Below are positions 17,977 to 27,296 of a DNA stretch of 64,000 nt, piece after piece. The stretch lies in NCBI GenBank assembly GCA_052388395.1, contig JBQTIF010000011.1, positions 1,191-65,190 of the forward strand. The letters are read 5' to 3'. Every line of letters starts with the position of its first letter. The stretch's first letter is position 1. This stretch comes from Gemmatimonadaceae bacterium. Lineage in GTDB: Bacteria > Gemmatimonadota > Gemmatimonadetes > Gemmatimonadales > Gemmatimonadaceae. The notes below the pieces were generated by a model, which saw nothing but the letters and a program-made list of their open reading frames with translations, ran no database searches and was not told the origin of the DNA. The position numbers and the translations under genes were made by a program.

Positions 17977-20900
17977 ATGCGCATAACGCGCCGCGAATTC
18001 CTGAGAAACTCGGGACACTCGTCTGCGGGATCCGCTCTAGGCGCGCTCGTCGCGTTCGGCGCCGATCAGGACAGCGTTCGTGCGGCCACGGTGCCGCAGG
18101 CGTGGAAGATCCGAGAGACGAAGGTCGTGCCTTCGGTTTGCCCATACTGCGCGGTTGGGTGCGGGCTACTTCTTCATGTGCGCGACAATCAGCTGGTGAA
18201 CGTCGAAGGGAATCCCGATTCGCCAATAAATCGCGGGAACCTGTGCCCTAAAGGCGCCGCCAGTTTTCAGCTGACTGTAAACCCTGAACGACGCAGAAAG
18301 GCGCTGTACCGCCGTCCGGGGGGCGCTGACTGGGAGCCGATCGAGCTGGAACGCGCCATGGAAATGATCGCTGAGCGCGTCAAGAAAACGCGCGATGCGA
18401 CGTTCAAACGAACGGCGACGATCAACGGTCGCGAGGTGCTCGTCAACCATACGTTAGGCATCGCCTCGTTGGGCGGCGCCACGATGGACAACGAGTGGAA
18501 CTACGTACAGGCCAAGCTCTGGCGCGGGCTCGGCGGCGTCTTCATCGAGAACCAGGCGCGGATATGACACTCGTCCACGGTCCCCGGTCTGGGGGTCACG
18601 TTTGGACGAGGCGGCGCCACGACGTTCCAGCAGGACCTGCAGAACTCGGATTGCATCGTGATCATGGGTTCCAACTTTGCCGAGTGCCATCCGGTGGGTT
18701 TTCGCTGGGTCATGAAGGCGAAGGAGCGCGGAGCCAAGATCATTCATGTCGATCCGCGCTTTACGCGCACGAGCGCGATGGCAGACCTTTACGTCCCGAT
18801 CCGCTCGGGTTCTGACATCGCGTTCCTCGGTGGGCTCGTCAACTACATCATTCAACACGAGGCGTGGTTCAAGGAGTACGTAGCCGCGTACACGAACGCG
18901 TCGACGATCATCAGCGAAGACTTCAAGGACACGGAAGATCTTGCGGGTCTTTTCTCGGGGCTCGACCCAGCGACACGTCGTTACGACAACGCATCATGGG
19001 CATATGCGGGAACACTACCGCCCAAACCCGCTCCGGGACGCCCAGAAGGCAAAGAAGGCGCCGCCGCCATCGACCTGAGCCTAACGCCGCCGCGCACCGA
19101 CGAGTCGCTGCAACACCCGCGCTGTGTCTTTCAGATCCTCAAACGGCACTACTCGCGCTACACGCCGGAGATGGTCTCGCAGGTCTGCGGCTGCAGCGTC
19201 GATCAGTTCGTCGCTGTGGCGCGAGCGCTGGTGGAGAATTCGGGACGCGAGCGCACGTCGGCATTTGCGTATGCGGTCGGCTGGACGCAGCACACCGTTG
19301 GCGTCCAGTACATCCGCACGGCGGGCATCGTCCAAGCGTTGTTAGGCAACATTGGGCGACCAGGTGGCGGGATCATGGCGCTGCGCGGGCACGCCACGAT
19401 TCAGGGCTCGACGGACATCGCGACCCTGTACAACCTCCTCCCGGGGTACCTCCCTGCGCCGAGCGCGCAGTTGCGCGAGCACGACACGCTGACCGAGTAT
19501 CTTGCGCGCGAAATGCCGACGACTGGTTGGTGGGCGAACGGGCGCAAGTACACCGTGTCGTTCCTCAAGGCGTGGTACGGCGATGCGGCGCGCGAGGATA
19601 ACGAGTGGGGGTATCAGTTGTTGCCCAAGAGCGTCGGCGACCACTCGCACATGCCGATGTTCACGGCGATGCACGAGGGCGTGATCAAAGGGTTCATGGC
19701 GTTAGGCCAGAATCCCGCCGTCGGTGGGCAGAACGCCGTGTATCAGCGCGCCGGACTCGCCAAGCTCGAGTGGCTCGTCGTGCGCGACTTATTTTTGACC
19801 GAGACGTCGGAGTTCTGGCGTGCACCGGATATTACGGCGCCTAACGAGATTCAGACCGAGGTGTTCTTTTTGCCGGCAGCGAGCGTGCCGGAGATGGACG
19901 GCTCCTTTACGAATACGCAGCGGTTGGTGCAGTGGCATGAGCGCGCGCTGCAGCCTCCAGAGGACTGTCGCAGCGACATCTGGTTCACGCACCAGCTGGC
20001 GAAGCGGCTGAGACAATTGTATGGCGCACCAGTTGTTGCCCCGGGGGGGCCCCCCCACCGGGAAAATACCGCCGACTCAACGCGTGCACCTAACCAATCG
20101 ACCGCGCCCCCGACCGATCCATTCCTCGCGCTCACCTGGGACTTCGACGAGGACGAGCATGGCGAAGCCCGCGCCGTCTCCATCCTCAAAGAGATCAACG
20201 GCTACACCGTCGCTGATCGCGGACCCATTAAATCATTCGCCGATCTCAAAGACGACGGATCGACAGTCTCTGGGGGCTGGATCTACACCGGCGTCTATCC
20301 GGAAGAAGGCGTCAACAAGGCCGCCGCGCGCGTCGGCGATGACTGGGTCTCCATGGGGTGGGGATTCGCCTGGCCCGCCAATCGCCACATCCTGTACAAC
20401 CGCGCAAGCGCCGACCCCGCCGGCCGTCCATGGTCCGAACGCAAGAAGTACGTCTGGTGGGACGACGCGCAGCGCCAGTGGGTTGGCTTCGACGTGCCGG
20501 ATTTTCCTGTCAGCAAACCGCCTAACGCGCGAGGCACCTGGTCGCGCGGTGGCATCGACGCGCATGACGGCGACGCCCCCTTCATTATGAAGCCGGATGG
20601 CAAGGCGTGGCTCTTTGCTCCCAGTGGACTGATGGATGGCCCGCTGCCGACGCATTACGAACCGTGGGAAGGGCCCATTGCGAATCCGCTCTATCCGCAG
20701 CGACAGAATCCGGTCGCTAAAACGTTCAACGTCGTAGGGAACAAATACATCGATCCGGGGAGCCCGGACTTCCCTATCATCATCTCGACGTACCGCCTAA
20801 CGGAACATCACCTAACGGGAGTTATGAGCCGCTGGGTGCCGTGGCTCGCGGAATTGCAGCCCGAGCTCTTCGTCGAGATCTCGCCGGAGTTGGCGCGGGA

Positions 20901-21339
20901 GCGTGGCGTCGAGAACGCGGGATGGGTCACGGTTTCGACGCCTCGCGGTGCCATAGAATGCAAGGCGCTCGTCACCAAGCGCCTGCGGCCGTTCGATATT
21001 CAAGGGCGCCGCGTACATCAAGTTGGGATGCCGTGGCACTGGGGATACCGCGGCATCGTCACCGGCGAGGTTGTGAACACTATCTCCGCGCTGATCGCGG
21101 ACCCTAACGTCTCGATTCACGAGGCGAAGGCCTTTATGTGTCAGGTCGAGCCGGGGCGTCGAGCATTAGCCGTTAGGCAGCGGCTCACTGATGCGGCGAG
21201 TCCGCACGTGGGCCGTCGCGAACGCCAGGCCGCAGAGGCGCAGATTGATGCGGGAATCGAGCTGGCTTCCGGGGCGCGTTCGCTGGATGAGTTGCTGTAC
21301 GCACCGCTGGATCAGCCGCATGGAGTGTATCATGCCTAA
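17977..21339 (+). CDS. fdnG: Formate dehydrogenase alpha subunit, periplasmic (Tat), selenocysteine at UGA 18565-18567
   Basis: Tat motif TRREFL. FeS motif CPYCAVGCG. ENQARI-U-HSSTVPGLG aligns with E. coli FdnG DNQARV-U-HGPTV. ORFs 17977..18567 and 18658..21339 share one frame. Confidence 0.9.
18565..18610 (+). promoter_or_regulatory. UGA(Sec) codon plus SECIS-like stem-loop
   Basis: CTCGTCCA (18570-18577) pairs with TGGACGAG (18603-18610). An inner CCCC/GGGG stem closes a GGUCU loop (18586-18590), similar to the apex of the E. coli fdhF SECIS. Confidence 0.7.
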
Positions 21340-21343
21340 CCAT

Positions 21344-21425
21344 AGGTCTGAGGTCCGAGGTCTGAGGTCTGAGGTAACGCCCTCCGACGCTCTTGCGCAG
21401 ACCTCGACCCTCAGACCTCGGACCT
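21344..21425 (+). promoter_or_regulatory. Heptamer-repeat inverted structure between fdnG stop and fdnH start
   Basis: AGGTCTG AGGTCCG AGGTCTG AGGTCTG AGGTaac (21344-21378) faces CAGACCT CGACCCT CAGACCT CGGACCT (21398-21425). 16 bp pair perfectly. Confidence 0.6.
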
Positions 21426-21428
21426 AAA

Positions 21429-22250
21429 TTGGCAAAAGGCTTCTACACCGACACGACCGTTTGTATAGGCTGCAAAGCCTGTCAGGTCGCTTGCCATCAA
21501 TGGAACAACCTTCCAGCAGAGCAAGGCGGGAAGCGTGACCTAACGGGTGACTCGTACGACAACACGGGCCACCTCTCCGCGCTCAACTGGCGCCACGTCA
21601 AGTTCATCGAGCAGTTCCCCGACGACCGCCAGCAAGATGGATTCTTGAAAGGCTCGCGCTGGCTCATGATGTCGGACGTGTGCAAACACTGTGTGCGCGC
21701 GCCGTGCCTCGAGGTCTGCCCGACCGGCGCGATCATCCGCACCGAGTTCGATTCGGTGTTCATCCAGCAAGACGTATGTAACGGTTGTCGCGCGTGCGTC
21801 AGTGCGTGCCCGTTTGGTGTCGTCGACATGGGGGACGACGGGAAGGCGCACAAATGCACGTTATGCTACGACCGCTTGCAGCACGGTCAGGAGCCCGCGT
21901 GCGCGCAGGCGTGCCCCACTGACTCGATCCGGTTCGGCGATGTCGACGAACTGATGACCTACGCCGATCAACGTGTCGCCAACCTCCAGGCACAAGGCAT
22001 CAACGCGTATGTCTACGGCAAGGAAGACATACTCGGCGGGCTCAACGCGTTTTACGTCCTGGTTGACGAGCCGCACGTCTACGGCTTGCCAGAGAATCCA
22101 CAGATGGCCTCAGCGAATGTTGCGGACGGGTTCGCCTGGAGCGGGTTAGCGGCGGCAGCGCTCGCAGCCACCGGCGCGGTGGCGTTCCGCAAACAGCGCA
22201 TGGAGCAAGTCGCTGCTGAGGAGCCCAAGAGCGAGGAGCCAAGTGCCTAA
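21429..22250 (+). CDS. fdnH: Formate dehydrogenase FeS (beta) subunit, 4x[4Fe-4S], C-terminal TM anchor
   Basis: CIGCKACQVAC, CKHCVRAPC, CNGCRACVSAC and CTLC motifs. The TTG at 21429 gives MAKGFYTDTTVCIGC, typical of these subunits. The track start at 21393 lies inside the hairpin. Confidence 0.85.
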   Translation: MAKGFYTDTTVCIGCKACQVACHQWNNLPAEQGGKRDLTGDSYDNTGHLSALNWRHVKFIEQFPDDRQQDGFLKGSRWLMMSDVCKHCVRAPCLEVCPTGAIIRTEFDSVFIQQDVCNGCRACVSACPFGVVDMGDDGKAHKCTLCYDRLQHGQEPACAQACPTDSIRFGDVDELMTYADQRVANLQAQGINAYVYGKEDILGGLNAFYVLVDEPHVYGLPENPQMASANVADGFAWSGLAAAALAATGAVAFRKQRMEQVAAEEPKSEEPSA

Positions 22251-23169
22251 CGCGCCGCACTGGGGCTGGTACATCATCCTGTACTTTTACTTGGGCGGGC
22301 TGGCGTCCGGATTGTACTTCATCGGCACGATCGCCAGCCTCGCCGGGGACCCACGTGATCGTGCGATCACACGCTTCTGCTTTCTTGCTGTTTTTCCACT
22401 CGTTGTAGCCTGCGGATTCCTCCTGATCATCGATCTCGGTCAGCCGCTGCGGTTCTGGCACATGCTCATTCAGTCAGAACGTGTGCCGCTGCCAATGTTG
22501 AAATACTGGGTGCCGATGTCGCTCGGGTCGTGGGTGCTGGCGATCTTCGGGCTTTTTGCCGTCACGGCGTTCGTCGCAGCACTCGTCGACAGTGGTCGCC
22601 TAACGAATGGACGCGCGGTTCGTGTTTGGCATTGGGCGCGGTCGCGTCCGCGTGGAGTGCAGGTGGCGTGGCTGATCGTAGGACTTCTCTTCGCTCTCTT
22701 TTTTGGTGGCTACACTGGCGTGCTGCTTGTGGGAACCAACGTCGCGCTCTGGCAGCATGCGCAGCTCCTTGGCGCTCTGTTCCTCTTTTCTGCGGCTTCG
22801 ACGGCCTATGCGCTCCTCATCTTCGTGTTGCGTCGGCGCGGTGAGTCCGAGTCGGCTACCTCTATACTGAAGCTCGAGGCAGCAGATCGCTGGGTCATCA
22901 TCCTCGAGCTCCTGACGATCGTGATCATGTTGATCATGCTTGGCGGCGTCGCTCGCCCGCTCATCACTGGCGGCTTCGGCTTGCTCTTCTGGCTCGGCGT
23001 GGTAGGACTCGGCTTGTTGTTCCCGCTGGCGCTCCCGTATTTGCGATCGAGCGCCTTCGCGCGACGACCGTTGTTAGGCGCGAGTTGCGTCCTCGTTGGT
23101 GGCCTTCTCTTGCGCTTCGTCATCATTATGGCGCCGCAGTGGCCCAACATCGCGTTGTGGCAGTTGTGA
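22243..23169 (+). CDS. NrfD/PsrC-type integral membrane subunit
   Basis: HWGWYIILYFYLGGLASG N-terminus and about 8 TM segments. The GTG start overlaps the fdnH stop inside GTGCCTAACG. Confidence 0.75.
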   Translation: MPNAPHWGWYIILYFYLGGLASGLYFIGTIASLAGDPRDRAITRFCFLAVFPLVVACGFLLIIDLGQPLRFWHMLIQSERVPLPMLKYWVPMSLGSWVLAIFGLFAVTAFVAALVDSGRLTNGRAVRVWHWARSRPRGVQVAWLIVGLLFALFFGGYTGVLLVGTNVALWQHAQLLGALFLFSAASTAYALLIFVLRRRGESESATSILKLEAADRWVIILELLTIVIMLIMLGGVARPLITGGFGLLFWLGVVGLGLLFPLALPYLRSSAFARRPLLGASCVLVGGLLLRFVIIMAPQWPNIALWQL

Positions 23170-23375
23170 GAACTGCAGCAGCCGCGCTCGTCGCGTTACT
23201 CGCCTGCTCTCCGGAGGCGACGCGCACGCGCGACGGCGGGCCTGGCGGGGACATCGGTAACAAACAAGTCGTCGAAGCCGAGCTTCCTAACGCGCAGCCC
23301 GCGGACACGACGCTCATGCCCGGGAAAGCGCCGGCGCCGGTCACGCGTTTCGAGAAGGGGGGGGAGGCGAAGTGA
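23166..23375 (+). CDS. Small lipoprotein (about 69 aa) within the fdh operon
   Basis: The GTG at 23166 overlaps the TGA of the previous gene. Lipobox ALLAC. Its stop overlaps the fdhE GTG (GTGA). Confidence 0.4.
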   Translation: MRTAAAALVALLACSPEATRTRDGGPGGDIGNKQVVEAELPNAQPADTTLMPGKAPAPVTRFEKGGEAK

Positions 23376-24226
23376 CGAGCGCGAAATCCATTGCGGCGCT
23401 CGAGCTGGACGAGACGGTCCCTCGGTCTCTCTCACTGGCGCTACACCGGCTGCGCTCAGTCTACCAAGCCGCGCGCTTTTTCCACTCGGAATTGCCTAAC
23501 GCGCGCGCAGATGTCAAGTGGGCGAGAATACGTCTCGCCGAGGGAATTCCCGCTCTTGCCGGAGAGTGGTTTCTCGAGTGGATGCGGCTCGACAGTATTG
23601 TGTACGCGCTCATTGCCGTATACGAGGCCGGACCTAACGACAGTGCCAGCTCCGCTGTTCGGCGTGATGTGGACTTTTTGGTCAGCGAAGTGGGTGAGCA
23701 GCAGCTCGTTGAAGCGGCGTTCGCCGGGGCGTGGGACGATCTCGCCAACGTACGCACGCCAGAGGGTGCTGAAACGCGTCAGGCAACGCTCAAACTCCTC
23801 GACTATGCGACGCGCCCGTCGCTCCAGTCGGCTGCACGAAGTTTGCGCGACGTGATAGCGGAATCAGGGTGGACGCGCGGCACCTGCCCATGTTGTGGCG
23901 CTCTCCCATTGCTCGCCGAGCTTCACTCGAAGAAAGACGCCCACGCACGCCTGCTCCGTTGCGGCCGCTGCGCGTCGTCGTGGAGCATCGAGCGGCTCGC
24001 TTGTCCCGCCTGCGGCGAGCGCGACCACGCCAAGTTGCGCTACCTCCATGTCGACGGTGAAGTCGAGCATCGCCGTGTCGAGTGTTGTACGACGTGCGGA
24101 TTCTATGTGAAAGCTGTAGCGACGCTCGATGCGTTCAGCGACGAGAAGCTATTCGACGTCGATCTCGAGACGGTCGCGCTCGATGCGATCGCGCTCGAAG
24201 CCGGGTACCACCGGCGGAGTACCTAA
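23372..24226 (+). CDS. fdhE: Formate dehydrogenase accessory protein FdhE
   Basis: Four Cys pairs: CPCCG, CGRCASSW, CPACG, CCTTCGFYVK. GGGAGG upstream. Confidence 0.8.
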   Translation: MTSAKSIAALELDETVPRSLSLALHRLRSVYQAARFFHSELPNARADVKWARIRLAEGIPALAGEWFLEWMRLDSIVYALIAVYEAGPNDSASSAVRRDVDFLVSEVGEQQLVEAAFAGAWDDLANVRTPEGAETRQATLKLLDYATRPSLQSAARSLRDVIAESGWTRGTCPCCGALPLLAELHSKKDAHARLLRCGRCASSWSIERLACPACGERDHAKLRYLHVDGEVEHRRVECCTTCGFYVKAVATLDAFSDEKLFDVDLETVALDAIALEAGYHRRST

Positions 24227-24236
24227 CGCAGCGGCC

Positions 24237-25974
24237 TTAAGGCGTCCGGTTGGACGTGCTGCGAGCGGCGAAGATCTCGCGTCCGCCGACTATCGTCCGC
24301 TCCACGCGAAGCTCGCGAATGCGCACAGGGTCAACCGTTAGGATATCGTCGCTCAGCACTGTGAAGTCGGCCACTTTCCCTGGCTCGATCGTCCCGCGCG
24401 ACGTCTCGTCGAACGTGAAAAACGCCGACTCGATGGTGTGCATGCGCAGCGCCTCGACCACCGTGACAGCCTCGCTCGCGCCGCGCACCTTGTCGTCCCA
24501 CCCGCGACGCGTCACCGCAGCATACATCGCCACGATCGGGCCATCCGATCCATAAGACACGCGGGTCCCGCGCTCGACGAGCGACGTGCTCGGATTCTGC
24601 GTCGCCTCACGCTCGGGAGTCAGCGCCTCCTCCGCATATGCGCCTAACGCGACAGTGAAGCCGGGCTGGCTTGCGACCATGATGCCGTGCCGTCGCATCT
24701 TCTCGAGAGTCGCCGCCGGTGGGAGCACTGATACGTGATGCAGGTAGTGGCGATGATTCGCGCGCGGGCGCTCAGAGAGGATCTTCTCCAGCTCGTCCAC
24801 CACCATCACTGCAGCCGCATCGCCCATCGTATGAATCCCGAGCTGCCAGCCTAACTCGGGCGCTCGCTTAGCCACCGGATAAAACGCAGCGTTAGGAATT
24901 CGTTGTGCGCCAAAGAACCCAGGACGTCCCTTGTGCTCTTTGAGCGACCAGAAGACGGGCGCACTCAAGCCACCATCGATGCTCATCTTGATCGCGCCGA
25001 CCTTGAGCCGATCGTTGCCGAAACCTGTGCGTAGACCCAGTCCCTCCATTAGCGCGATCGACTCGCGTATGCCCCGCTCGTGTCATCATACGTGTCGTGC
25101 CCGGGACTTAGGCGAATCTGCACCGTCATGCGCGGCAACTCTGCGCCATGCCGGTCATACAACTCCTGCAGCACTCGTAAGTCAGCCGGACCGACGCCGG
25201 CGACGTTTGAGACTCGTAATCCCTAACGACGCCATATGACCGAGAAAGGTCTTGTATCGCGCGATCGAACCATCAACACCGCTGCCAGCACCACCGCGCC
25301 GCCCGGCTGAGAGAGCCACGCGCTCGACAAGGCGCCGCGCCGCCTCCAGCACGCGTCCGTTAGGCTCTCCACGCGCGTCGCGAATGATCCATCCGCCTGG
25401 TGGATTCGGGGTGGCGCGCGTGATCTTGGCGAGCGCGAGCGCCTTCGAATTGAGCAGGAGCGTGTGTGGCCCCCGCGCGAGCGCCACTGGATGATTTGGT
25501 GCGGCGGAACCCAGCTGCCAGCGTGTCGGCACTTTCTGGTTAGGCCAGATCTCGCGCGGCAGCGAGCCGCGGATCCACTCGTTAGGTGGCGTCGACTCGG
25601 CGCGTTTGAATTGCAGGTAGCAGCTGCGCCATCGTCTCCACGCCGGTCAACCACTCTGGGACCGCGCCGATCATCCCACCTTTCCACTCCTGTAAATCCT
25701 CGCCGAGGTGCACGTGATTGTCGTAGAATCCCGGGATGACGGTCTTCCCGCCCATGTCGATGACACGCATCCGCGACGCGGCGAGACGGCGGATTTCGGC
25801 AGCCGTGCCGACGGCGATGATGCGGCCGTTGCGCACAGCAACCGCCTGCGCGTTCGTCCCCGCCGCGTTCAGCGTGACGAAGCGCCCGTTCGTATAGATG
25901 GCGTCTTGCGTGAGACCGCTCGCCGCTGGAACGATCTGCCCGAGGGCGAGCAGTAGGGAGCGACGAATCAACAT
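24237..25974 (-). pseudogene. Amidohydrolase (YtcJ-like metal-dependent hydrolase) broken by three frame changes
   Basis: Three ORFs (25582..25974, 25182..25532, 24237..25049) join into one amidohydrolase when frames are switched near 25585, 25212 and 25078: ...VDAT|PNEWIRGSLPREIWPNQKVPTRWQLG..., ...GITS|SNVAGVGPADLRVLQELYDRHG..., ...HDTYDDT|ERGIRESIALMEGLG... Confidence 0.7.
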
Positions 25975-26126
25975 ACCAGCCTCTCAGGCGTGCCCAGTGT
26001 CGACGATACGCTCGGCTGCGACGCCTGTCAAAGTTGGCCGTGTGCGCTCATGGTGTGGCGTGGGGCAGCATCGTAGCTTGAGGCGCTACGAGCTCAGAGC
26101 TAAGGAATAGTTACTAGAGGTGTCGT

Positions 26127-27293
26127 ATGCCTTCCCGCAGAGATTTCGTGAACACAAGCGCCGCTGCGTTCGGCGCTATGACGTTAGGCCCACTGACCCG
26201 GCTCCCGCACCGCAACCCGGCTCATCCCCGCGACGCGACGAGCGATCAGCAAGCGCCGCTCAACATCCTGATTCTTGGCGGCACTGGCTTTACAGGTCCG
26301 CATCAGGTGCGCTACGCGGTCTCACGCGGACACAAAGTCACGGTGTTCAACCGTGGCCGTCGTCAGGCAGATCTTCCAAAACCCGTCGAGCACCTGGTTG
26401 GCGATCGCATGACCGGTGACCTCGCGTCGATTCACAAAGCGAATCGTTCCTGGGATGTCGTCATCGACAACCCGACGACGTTGCCGTTCTGGGTGCGCGA
26501 CGCCGGACAGATCCTCAAGGAGAAGACGAAACACTACATCTTCATTTCGACGATCTCGACGTACGCGCACTATCGCAGCGCCGGGATGGACGAGGACTAC
26601 GAGCTCGCAGGGTACACAGGCACTGAAGATCCCCTAACGATCAAGCAAGCCACCGGCGGCCTGTACGGTCCGCTCAAAGTCTTATCGGAGAAAGAAGCCG
26701 AGAAGTGGTTTCCGGGAAAGGCGACTGTCATTCGTCCTGGACTGATCGTCGGACCAGGAGACGAGACCGACCGCTTCACATATTGGCCGCTGCGCGTCGA
26801 GCGTGGTGGCGAAATCGCCTCACCGGGGTCGCCCGACGACCCCACACAAGTCATAGACGCGCGCGATCTCGCCGAATGGACGATTCGCGTCGCCGAACAG
26901 CGCACGTTAGGCATTTACAATGCGACCGGGCCGCGCTCGCCGCTGAGTATGGCCGAAATGCTGTACGGCATGCGTGCGGTGCTACCGGGAAGCCACGACA
27001 TCAAGTTCACCTGGATCCCCGCCGATTTCCTCACAGAGCAAAAAGTGCGCGGATGGTCGGACATGCCAACGTGGGTTCCCATGCGAGCCGACAACCAGGG
27101 GTGGGGAAGAGTAAGCATCGCTCGCGCGCTCGCGAAGGGCCTAACGTTTCGGCCACTGGCAGACACGACGCGCGACACACTCGCCTGGTTCAAAACGCTT
27201 CCCGCTGAACGCCAGGCAACCTTGCGCGCGGGACTCAAGCCGGAGCGTGAGACGGAAGTCCTCGCGGCCTGGCGTTCGCGGCCGCGCAGTTAG
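26127..27293 (+). CDS. Tat-signal NAD(P)-dependent epimerase/dehydratase-family (SDR) protein
   Basis: MPSRRDFVNTSAAAFG and ILILGGTGFTGP. Collinear with 10523..11656. Confidence 0.75.
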   Translation: MPSRRDFVNTSAAAFGAMTLGPLTRLPHRNPAHPRDATSDQQAPLNILILGGTGFTGPHQVRYAVSRGHKVTVFNRGRRQADLPKPVEHLVGDRMTGDLASIHKANRSWDVVIDNPTTLPFWVRDAGQILKEKTKHYIFISTISTYAHYRSAGMDEDYELAGYTGTEDPLTIKQATGGLYGPLKVLSEKEAEKWFPGKATVIRPGLIVGPGDETDRFTYWPLRVERGGEIASPGSPDDPTQVIDARDLAEWTIRVAEQRTLGIYNATGPRSPLSMAEMLYGMRAVLPGSHDIKFTWIPADFLTEQKVRGWSDMPTWVPMRADNQGWGRVSIARALAKGLTFRPLADTTRDTLAWFKTLPAERQATLRAGLKPERETEVLAAWRSRPRS

Positions 27294-27296
27294 GCG

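Noticed and set aside
18565-18567. In-frame TGA splitting the formate dehydrogenase alpha gene into two track ORFs, which could be read as a pseudogene
   Set aside because: The position aligns with the selenocysteine of FdnG-type enzymes (NQAR-U-H). A SECIS-like hairpin follows, and the downstream frame is intact for 2.7 kb.
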